Shown here: positions 51,372 through 61,953 of the stretch, piece by piece
How positions within the stretch are numbered: the first letter of the stretch is position 1
Layout: the number at the start of each line of letters is the position of its first letter
DNA from: Octopus bimaculoides
Lineage: Eukaryota
Reading direction: 5' to 3'
Length of the DNA: 64,000 nt
NCBI RefSeq assembly: GCF_001194135.2
Contig: NC_069005.1
Coordinates: 19,223,260-19,287,259, forward strand
Translations under genes and position numbers: made by a program
Notes under the pieces: model-generated
Seen by the model: the letters and a program-made list of their open reading frames with translations, nothing else
Told to the model about the DNA's origin: nothing
Database searches by the model: none

Positions 51372-52210
51372 TACAAGTGTCGGCTGAAAAGTTCATAGGC
51401 TGACTAGATAGCTTTTCGTACCTGCTTCAGTAAGTTGGCTCTCCTTGGTGTAGCCCTTTTGAAGATAGTCAATAAATGCAATGCCTTTTGCATCCCAAAA
51501 AAATTGAGACCATCACCTTCCCTGCTTATGAAATGACCTTGGACTTCTTCGGAGTTGGTGAGGAGGGGTATTTCCACTGCATGGATTGTTTCTTTGTCTC
51601 TGGCTCAAAGTGATGGACCCAGCACTCGTCCTGGCTCAAGAAACATTCAAGGAAACCAACTTGATCTGCCTCAATCAGATTTTATCATGATGTAATCAGC
51701 TTGATCTGCTTTTGATTAAGTGTCAAAAGATGTTCATTGTGCAGAGTATTCTCAACACTTTCACAGGATATTCTAATAGCATTGGCTATTTGATTTAGTC
51801 GATTACCTGTTATTCATCAGCATGTGGTAAATTTGAACAATTTTTTCCATGATGGTGGCAATTTGCAGTAGGATATCCAGATGTTGAGTCATCTACAAGA
51901 CTCTCCCTTCCTAAATTCATCTGCCCACATTAGCACTGTTGATAAAGCTGGAGTGTCATCCACTAATGTATCAGCATGAATGCCATTGAAGGCTAAACCT
52001 TTTTCTGTAGCTACTTGACAAGACGATGCCAAATTTTATCCGTTTTCAAGTTACTTTTGAAGTCTTCTCTGAACACTCAAATGTCAGTTTACCTGGAAAG
52101 AAAAATGTAGTTATTAAGAAGAGTTGAGGTTAATGTAAACATGCAAAATTTAACAGCTCTAGCATCCCTCCTTCATAGTTAGCCTATGATCTTTTCAACC
52201 CACTCTCATA
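51372..52210 (-). mobile_element. Decayed, internally deleted Tc1/mariner (mariner-type) DNA transposon
   Basis: TIRs TA|CAAGTGTCGGCTGAAAAGTTCATAGGCTGAC and GTTAGCCTATGATCTTTTCAACCCACTCTCA|TA. Minus-strand relics: DKIWHRLVK*LQKKGLAFNGIH...PALSTVLMWADEFRKG and CFLSQDECWVHHFEPETKKQSMQWKYPSSPTPKKSKVIS*AGKVMVSIFWDAKGIAFIDYLQKG (first catalytic Asp region). Confidence 0.9.
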
Positions 52211-52696
52211 TATGTGTTTATATATGTATTCATATATTATGTATTTTCATATGTGTATATTGTGCTTATATCATCATTCTAATGTCCACTATTCCACAAT
52301 TGCTTGGGTCAGAAGGAATTCATTGAGGTAGATTTCCTACAGCTGGATGCCCTACCTGTAGCCAACCCTTACCTGTTCCCAAGCAAGGTAATATTTCATC
52401 TTGGCCAGGCACTGGAAATGAACAGCAGCTTGTATCAGTGTATATAGAAAGTGTGGGTGTATATTTATTTTGTCATTAGATTGTGGCCATACTTGGCCAC
52501 CATCTTAAAGAATTTTTTGGTCGCATGAATTGACTACATTTTATATATATATGACAGAGAAATAACACACACACATGAGAAAACCTGTGTAGGTGACGTA
52601 CGTGATGTAACACTGCACTACTCTTCCCCAGTAAACTCAGGCTACAGCAGGAACGTCTGTAAATGTTGCCCTGCTATATTACTACTGATTTCTTTG

Positions 52697-52727
<31 letters not shown>

Positions 52728-55189
52728 NNNNNNNNNNNNNNNNNNNNNNNNNNNNNNNNNNNNNNNNNNNNNNNNNNNNNNNNNNNNNNNNNNNNNNNNN
52801 NNNNNNNNNNNNNNNNNNNNNNNNNNNNNNNNNNNNNNNNNNNNNNNNNNNNNNNNNNNNNNNNNNNNNNNNNNNNNNNNNNNNNNNNNNNNNNNNNNNN
52901 NNNNNNNNNNNNNNNNNNNNNNNNNNNNNNNNNNNNNNNNNNNNNNNNNNNNNNNNNNNNNNNNNNNNNNNNNNNNNNNNNNNNNNNNNNNNNNNNNNNN
53001 NNNNNNNNNNNNNNNNNNNNNNNNNNNNNNNNNNNNNNNNNNNNNNNNNNNNNNNNNNNNNNNNNNNNNNNNNNNNNNNNNNNNNNNNNNNNNNNNNNNN
53101 NNNNNNNNNNNNNNNNNNNNNNNNNNNNNNNNNNNNNNNNNNNNNNNNNNNNNNNNNNNNNNNNNNNNNNNCTTATTTTAATTATTTATATTTATTATAT
53201 TAATACCACAATGGAGGGGTAAGTTCTCTACAAAGCTAGTCAAACAACCTGGTCTCATTTGCCATTGCACACACACACATTACTAGGAAAGGCATAAACA
53301 TTTGACTCCTCACTCACATCAGTTCCCCCACCCTTCCTCTATGAATCCGGGTGGCGGGGTTGAAACCATATAAAACAAAATGAACCAAAAACAAAAAAAA
53401 GACAAATTTATCCAGATTTCTTTGTGTGTGTGTGTGTGTGTGTGTGTGTGGTGGTGGAGGGTGCAGAATGAAGCTGTGGGAAATTTTGTCTGATGTAAGT
53501 AAAGGAAATGGTCCCAGCTGGGAATCCAAACGGGGCCATAGTTTTCAGTAGGCTGAGAACTAAGTGCCATTCTATGATGTAAAAGTTTCTACTGGCTGCA
53601 TTGTTAGTGACAGAATAATCTTGTAAATAATATTAATAATGGTTTAGTCTAATACAGTACTATTGTCACTTTTTAGAATTTATTTTATACACACACACAC
53701 ACACACACATACACATATATATATATATATAAACGTTTATGAATTTGTTTTGCAAGATTCCTGATGTGAAATCGTGTGTTGAAACTGATATTATATTTTG
53801 GGACAGTAATTTTCTTTTTTTCTTGCCAAATAAACATGCACACTATATAATTCATCCTTCACTTGTTTATTATTGTTCTTATTTTATATTAAGTCCATTG
53901 TCTGGAAATCTTTCATCACACATCTGTGACCACTTGAGAGTAACCCTTCCATCCATGTGTTTCCTCCTGTTCTTTTTAGTTCATTCTATCTCTATGACGT
54001 GTATCCTTATCTGCACATGTCTGTGCTTGTATCTGTATGTGTGTGTATGTGCATGTGTCTCTTGTGTGTGTGTGTGTGTGTATATACATGGGTTTATGTA
54101 TTATACTGTTTGTGTCTGTGCCTTTTGTTTTGTTCTGTCTTTCGTCGTGTGTTATCAATGTGACGTTCTCATTTTCAAGTTTATCTCAATAGATTTTCTT
54201 TAGAATTCAGAGCCAGTACTGCATGTTACAATGTTTCATATATGAATACATTTATATAAGCAATGCAATTGTCATATACGAGACATAACTAGCAGTACTG
54301 GCTCTGGATTCCTGGGGAAATATCACAACAAAAGGGTTATTGTGTTTAATGATATTGTAGGTGTGCTCTAATTTTAACAGTGCATATTCAAGAAGAAAAC
54401 TTTTTTGCGTTGTGTATAAAAGCATGCAATATTTAAAGCAATCTAGCTGTAACATTGCAAGACATTCACCAAAGTATCTTGACTAAGGCATAAAATGGCT
54501 CTCATCATTTAACATCCATCTTCCATGCTGGCATGGGTTGGGTAGCTTGACAGGAGCTAGCAGGCCAGAAGACTGCACCAGGCTTCACTGTCTCTTTTGG
54601 CATGGTTTTAGTTTGAAATTAGGGTATAGTAGTGTCAGGGTTAAAATCAGCTTATGGGAGGCCCAACTTCGTGTATATGGGGTGATTTAAGAAAGATTTA
54701 ATTTTTATCTGGCATGTATTTTGACATGAAAATAATCAAGCAAGATGTGGGGGTCAAACTGTTGTCCCTTCTATGGAGCATCTACAGGGATGCCTATTAA
54801 ATGTATTGTAAAGCTCCAAACTTAGGGTTTACTTTTTTACCCTATAGCAATGTATCAAAGGTGAACCCGCTACAGATGACAGATCACAATATAGCCATGT
54901 CTGAAAATGCATGTAAAGCTTGTAATTTAATTGTAATTTTAAAAATTTCATTGAAATGGTATCATGTCCCAAAATCTCTGGATATTATTTAGTTCTATGC
55001 CTACTACAAATATGCCAAAACTTGAGCCTCTCTGGCTTGTACTTTGGGATTTAGTTTGGTCTCAAATCATATGGAAAGCTTATGCTTGCATTGTGGAATT
55101 GACTTGTTACATGCAACAAAATAGGCTTTACATAAATGGTATAAATTGCCCCCAAAAAGTTTCATTTTCAAGAACCTGAAAAAAAATAG

Positions 55190-55363
55190 GTGCAGGCATG
55201 GCTGTGTGGTAAGAAGCTTGCTTCTCAACCACATGATTCCATGTTCAATCCCAATTTTAGGCATCTTGGGCTAGTATCTTCTACTATACCTTCAGGCTGA
55301 CCAAAGCCTTGTGAATGGATTTGGTAGACGGAAACTGGAAGAAGCCCGTTGTGTGTTTGTGTG

Positions 55364-55410
<47 letters not shown>

Positions 55411-55925
55411 NNNNNNNNNNNNNNNNNNNNNNNNNNNNNNNNNNNNNNNNNNNNNNNNNNNNNNNNNNNNNNNNNNNNNNNNNNNNNNNNNNNNNNNNNN
55501 NNNNNNNNNNNNNNNNNNNNNNNNNNNNNNNNNNNNNNNNNNNNNNNNNNNNNNNNNNNNNNNNNTAAAAATAAGAAATAAGTGGAAATTTTAACGGTGA
55601 GTGTGTTAAATTTCAAGGCACAATAAGAAAATGACTCTCCCCAGACACAACAGAATATGCTTCAACACACGAAATCACATAAAAAATCCTGCAAACCAAA
55701 TCCAAAAATGGTGTGTGTGTGTGTGTATTTGTCCCCCTGCCATCACTTGACAACCAGTACTGGTGTGTTTCTGTCCTTGTAACTTAGCAGTTCAGCAAAA
55801 GACTCTGATCGAATAAGTACTAGGCTTACAAAGAATAAGTCCTGGGGTCAATTTCTTCAACTAACACTCTTTAGGGTGGTGCTGCAGCATGGCCGCAGTC
55901 AAATGACTGAAACGAGTAAAAGAAT
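55190..55925 (+). mobile_element. Young major SINE interrupted at its internal (TA)n by a gap and extra sequence
   Basis: Consensus-like head at 55190-55350 and tail at 55710-55925. Confidence 0.8.
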
Positions 55926-56236
55926 AAAAGGGCTCCTATCCCATGGACACTATTAATTTGTGTAATTTGAAGATGATTATCTCATTATTTATTTCGGCCT
56001 AATTAGGAAAGATTTCAACCAATTCACTGACTATTCAACTTGTCATATTTCCTAAAATATTCATAACAAATTTCATAAATGAAGTATCAAAATGTTTCTT
56101 TTTGGATTCTCTCCAAGAAAAAGTATAGTAGAAGCTAGATTTAAATATTTTCAAAACTTCATAGTGATACCTACTGTTGTTGAGAATAACAATTCCATGA
56201 GCTGTTCCAATCTTCCCTTTTAGCATTATTATCACT

Positions 56237-56413
56237 TTAACCCTTTCATACCTACCACATGACATCACCTTATCTAGATTATGACTTTCCATCAGAATTC
56301 CATGTGAATTTATGTTCCAACACCAGCATTAACCACAATTATTTTACTAAATTAAAAAATCAGTGAAAGAAAGGTGGTGTATTTCAATAGAAATATGGTA
56401 ATGAATGAGTTAA
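56237..56413. mobile_element. TTAA-type MITE, family 2
   Basis: TTAA|CCCTTTCATACC ... GGTAATGAATGAG|TTAA. Confidence 0.55.
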
Positions 56414-58064
56414 AAAGCATCAGGGGTTACATGGAAAGTGCTGTGAGTTCTACTAGTTAGGCTGATAAAACAAAGCAATAACAGCATTTTAAAGCTTTTA
56501 ATGTATTTTACAATTCTATTTGTAAAAAATTCTGATGCTTTATCAATCACTGCCAAAATTATTTAATCAAATATATGCTGAAAATATTGGGCCTACAGAT
56601 ATATAGATTTAATATAGACAAACCATTTTTGACTTGATTTTGTATCAAGAGGAAACTTTGTTGTTTTTTACCCGTAAGTCAGTTGACCGTGATCAATTAA
56701 ACCCTTGATTAAATGATTCTAGCAGTGACCTTCCAGCTATTTATCCCCTGAGTATAATGTACCTGGACTACATTATCCAGTGTCCTTCCATTTTTTTTTT
56801 TTTAATTTTTTTTTTTATGTAAGATGATAGGTTGGTATGCACTGGAGATGTGGCTGCTGTTTCTAGCTGGTGAGTGATTGCTTAGAGGCTTTCTTGTTAG
56901 CTCGTATTGAAGAATGTTGTTCTTGAAATGAGAAAGCTTTCAAGAATGTCTGCATTATTCATCAGACATATTAATATCATCTCTCATAAATAAAAGCAGT
57001 TAAATGGCAGACAAAACGCTTTGCTGTATTTAGTTACATACTTTTGTGTCTGAGTTTAAATAATTTCAAAGTGGTTGGCATTGTCTTTTGTCCTTCCAAG
57101 GTCAATAAAATAACTCCAGCCAAGTTCAGGGATCTATTAAAAGTAACTGAAGCCCTGTTCCCTACCTTCCTACAAATTTTATGCTCTTGTACTTATGGTG
57201 CCATTTAATCTTCTGATCAAACTAAAAAAGTTGTTAGAATTGGTTTTCCAAATTACTAATTGTTTCTGTTTGTTGTAACTTCCTAAGCAGAAGTGTTACC
57301 ACAGATTGTCAAGAAGCGGAGGGAGACAAAACACACACGCTCATGTACATAGATAGGATGGGCTTCCTCACAGTTTCTGCCCACCAAATTCACTCATGGG
57401 CAGTTGTTGGTCTAGGGCTATAGTAGAGGGCACCTAACATGCTGCACAGTGGAACTGAACCCAAAACCGCATGGTTACAAAATGAGCTTATTGACCACAC
57501 ATCCATTGGCCCAGTCCCTAGTTCACACTATTGCTGACAGTGAAATTGACAAGGGAGTATCTTAGCCTGATGTTATAACTTTGGTTATAAAGCACCATAT
57601 TAGGGGCAGGGTGTCTCCCCTTAAATTTTTTTTTCTTTTCTGTTAATGTTTCATACCAATATGAATTACGAAGGTATGCAAATATTTCTTCAATCCTTTT
57701 GTGTGGAAGCCCATCGTGTGTGTGTGTGTCTATGTTTGTTTGTCCCCCCCCCCCATACACACACACCTTGTGTCCCCTGTAACTTAGCAGTTCAGCAATG
57801 GAGGTGGATAGAATAAGTACCAGGCTGTAAAATAAATACTAAGGTTGATTTGTTCAGCTAAAACCTTTCAAAGCAGTACTCCAGCATGGCCACATTCTAA
57901 TGGCTGAAACTAGTGAAAAAGTAAGAGCGCCTACGTGAGACCACCTGGTTTCTATGGTACAAATTTCCTGCTTTTAAAGTTATCTAAATTAAGACCTTCC
58001 ATCTAAATTTCTTAATTTATGTTCCAAATATGAAATCAGTAGTGAGTCATTGTACTAAATTGAT

Positions 58065-58290
58065 CATCATCATCCGTTTTCCATGCTGGCATGGGTTGGA
58101 TGGTTTGACAATGGAGCTGGCCAGCTGGGAACTGCCCAGACTCTAATTTTCTGTTGTGGCATGGTTTCTACAGCTGGATGCCCTTCCTGACACCAACCAC
58201 TTGTGTGTGCTGGGTGCTTTTTACATATCACTAACATGGATGTGTTTATATAGTACTGGCACATTTGCTTTTTACATGGCACCAGCACCT
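58065..58290 (-). mobile_element. RTE 3' end fragment
   Basis: catcatcatccgttttccatgctggcatgggttggatgg...ggatgcccttcc. Confidence 0.72.
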
Positions 58291-59316
58291 GAAAAGACAT
58301 TCCTGTATGTATGGAAAGCAATGATTTTACTTAGCTTGATGTGTCTTCTCAAGTACAGCAAGGTCCAGCATCCAAAGATCCTTCCTAGGTCTATCCATTT
58401 AAGGGTGAAAACTGCATATTCAACTGGTTTATTATGCTAAAGCCACTACAGACATTCTTCTTTGGTGCGAGATGTAGTTGGGCATGCTGGAGTATTCTAA
58501 TTTTTAACCTCACTCAATCAAATGAAATTCAACCATGTTTTTTGTAGCCCTGGATCAGATCAGATCAAGTAGCTTTGGCTTGAACCAATGAAGGAACTTC
58601 TATGCTGTAGCCTGACCTGCTAAAATGGGCAACAACTAACCCTTAAAATTTAACTCTACCATCTCAAAAGTAAATGAATATACTGAGTAATGTAGTCTTA
58701 AATGTTTTTTAGAAAATATGGAATAGGCATTTGATTGTAAGTTCCATTCACTGAAACATTCCAACTTCAATCTTGTCTTGGTAATGTATTGGAAAATAGG
58801 TAAGCTGGTGGCATTGTTTAACGGGAGATAGGTGGTGGTGGTAATGGTGGCTGTTTGCCATCCTATTAATAGTAGAGCTGACTGCTGCACTCTTACAGGT
58901 CTTTTTGACATAGCTATGAGCAAATGAGGCAGCTTCTATGTGGCCACTTAATCTGCTGGAAATAATAGTAAATTTTTTCTAAAACCAACACCTTATCTTA
59001 AACACACACATTAAAGTAATTTGGGGTAGCCTATACCCAGAGCAGGGGAAAACAGGATGGTCAGGACAAAAATTCTTTTTGTCATAAGTCTGCTTGATGG
59101 TGGCTGACCTGGGGCTACACAACATGAGAAATGAAATGTTCATGCAGTAACATGATAGTTTGTGTATAAGCAACAGGTGTTAACTGCCAGTTGTGTAAAC
59201 ACCACTTGAGAATGTTTTAATTCTCCCTCCTGTCCTTTGAGGTAATTCTGTTTTGGACTGCACTGTGCTTTTTGATAACAGTGCCTGTCACTATAACTTC
59301 ACCTATTTAGATTAGA

Positions 59317-59356
<40 letters not shown>

Positions 59357-60382
59357 CATTTAATGTGCCTTTTTTCATAGCCTGGTTGACAGTTCCTAAT
59401 GTTGACCGTGTCAGAGGGCATCCTAATGCCAACCACTTCAGTGTACTGGGTGCTTTTTGTCTTGACACCAGCACCAGTGAGGTCACCAAGTACCCACAAC
59501 AAAAGACCCCCTCAACTGTATTGAGGAATATGAAGGTATGATAAAGGGATGGGATAGCAGCTATCTTGCAGAAGAAATGAACAAATGGTTTCTCCATCTG
59601 GAAAGAGAGAGAGGTGTGAGGTCAAGCTATAAGGTGACTATGAGAGGGAAAGTACAATAGAGGTGGGTGTGTGGTTGAAAAATTTGCTTCCCAGTCACAC
59701 TGTGGTACCTTTGATGTCTACTACTATAGCCCAGGCCAACCAGGCCTTGTGAATGAATGTAACGGGCAGAGACTAGAAGACCGTCGTTTGTGTATGTATG
59801 GTTGTGTGTGTGTTTTTATATCTGCTACTTGTATGAAAAATGCTGCAGGTGGTATTCTTGTTTGTCCTGTCTGACAAATCGTCGGGACATTTTGTGACTT
59901 TGAACCATGTAGAATAAATGATCCCTTGATTCTTTTTTGAGAAACAGATGAAGGTTAGTATCAGGAAGGATATCTGGCTGAAAAGTGATGCCTCAAATAA
60001 CATAGCTGTCCAGTCCATGCAAACAAGGAAACATGGGCATAGAGCAAATGGACAAATATGTGTGTGCGTGTGTGTATGTAAACGGTTGATCATTTCTCTT
60101 GCTTTTAGAGAAGGTGGTGAGGAAAAATGCAATTGGGATATTGATTATCCAGGGCAGTAACAGAAGTGAACTAGATGCATCTGGGAGTGGACACTAGGTC
60201 ATAGGAACTATTTACCAAACACTGAATTTGCTAATTAATATCATTCAATTTATTTGTAGAGAATTCTAAAACGGGGAGGGGGGATTTCTGTTCAATAGTT
60301 TGTCATTAGTTGCTGTTATAGCCTCCTGGTTAGCTCTGATGTAGTGGACCTACATACATTCATGTGTGTTTGAGTACACACA

Positions 60383-60848
60383 GTTTCCATTCCATCTACC
60401 AAATTCATTTACCAAGCATTGGTTGGCTTTGTGACTATTGTTGAAGACACTTAGCCAAAATGCCATGCAATAGGACTGAAGGTGAAACCATATGGTTGCC
60501 AAGCAAACTTCTTAACCACACAGCCAAATGTGCACCCTTGTATTTTTTGTTAATAAGCACAGGCATGGCTGTATGGTTGCATGGCATTTTAGACGAGTTG
60601 TCTTCTATAACCCCAAGTCAACCAAAACCTTGTAAGGGAATTTGGTTGACAGAAACTGGAAACTCATTGTATGTATATTAGTGAGTGTTTGTGTTTGCCA
60701 CCCTATTACTGCTAGACACCTAATGCTGCTTTATTTTACATCACTGTGACTTGGTAGTGCAACAGAAGAGATTAATACAATAAATACCAGACCTAAATAC
60801 TGGCTGGGTTGGTTTGATTAAAACCTTTCAAGGCAGTGCCCCAGCATG
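60383..60848. mobile_element. Head-to-head major SINE pair (60383-60525 minus; 60560-60848 plus)
   Basis: Two heads in opposite orientation ~35 nt apart. Confidence 0.7.
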
Positions 60849-61224
60849 ATGTGACTTCAAAGAAATTCAACTGTTAGTTCTTGCTGGTCAACCAGCTGCT
60901 TGGATGCTTCATTCAGTATTTGCTAGGTCTGAGCCTACAAAGGGAGATTACCAATGCAAGATTTTTGTTTTATTGATTTCATATTTCAATGTATTGATTT
61001 CTTTGCAGTAAATTCCTCTTTCTGCTAGTTCTGGAAATATCTCACATTTGTGAACAATGATAATTTCACGTTGATCATGCTACTTACAAAACTGCAGTTT
61101 TAATAAGGGAGATTTTTGAGTTTTTTGTTATTCTTTAAAAAAAAATTTACTTGAGCTTTTACTGATATACAGGGAGATCTGTGTAAAGGGTTTTATTGTT
61201 TTTATACAGACGCACACACAGCTT

Positions 61225-61540
61225 AGCTGTGTGGTTTAAAAGCTTGCTCTTTAACTGTGTGGCTTCAGGTTCTGATCCATTGCAAGCCCCCTAGCAAGTG
61301 TCTTCTACTGTAACTCTGGGTCAACCAATACATTGTGAGTGAATTTGGTAGATGGAAACTGCATGGAAGCCATTTGTGTGTTTGTTCCACCACCACTGCT
61401 TGTATTTGTTTATGTCCTTGTAACTTTGCAATTCAGCAAAGGAGTTCAATAGAATAAGTACCAGTTAAAAAAAAAATGCACTTGATATGTTTGACTAAAT
61501 TCTTCAAGGTGGTGCTCCAGCATGGTCACAGTCTAATGGC
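61225..61540 (+). mobile_element. Major SINE
   Basis: GCTGTGTGGTTTAAAAGCTTGC head; GGTGCTCCAGCATGGTCACAGTCTAATG tail. Confidence 0.75.
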
Positions 61541-61747
61541 TGGTTATTTTCACCACTTTGTTGTGTCCATCTTCCCAGGCCCTGCACCATCCACTATATC
61601 TTGTCCATTCTCCACAGAACATCAATTTTTTGGAATTCCTTCCCTGCTCATGGACATTGACTTTCAATGTTTTGATTGTTTGTTTGGATAATACTGTTTT
61701 ACATATACTCATTACACTGGTTTGGTAGGATTTGACAGAGACTTGGC

Positions 61748-61812
61748 TGAGGGAGCCTATAAGCAGTTGCTTATAGGCTCCCTCATCAACTTATAGGCTC
61801 CCTCATCAACTT
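61748..61812. repeat. Perfect 18-bp inverted repeat plus 20-bp tandem duplication
   Basis: TGAGGGAGCCTATAAGCA-GT-TGCTTATAGGCTCCCTCA; CTTATAGGCTCCCTCATCAA x2. Confidence 0.95.
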
Positions 61813-61914
61813 GTAGTATTAAACTGTTGTACATTTTAGTGTATGATTGTGTTGATGGATTGTTTTCTCTTTTTCCCCAGTACAGTTACTCTTTCTCAAA
61901 ATCCTTAATTATGT

Positions 61915-61953
61915 GAATGTTAACTGAATCTTTTTATTTTTTTGTTGTTGCAG
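61915..61953 (+). other. 3' splice site of the large exon
   Basis: T-rich tract ending in CAG, with TTAAC/CTGAA branch-point-like motifs ~30 nt upstream and a long ORF immediately downstream. Confidence 0.85.

Noticed and set aside
60085-60200. Acceptor-like tttctcttgcttttAG as the upstream coding exon
   Set aside because: The open frames do not reach a phase-1 donor compatible with the big exon
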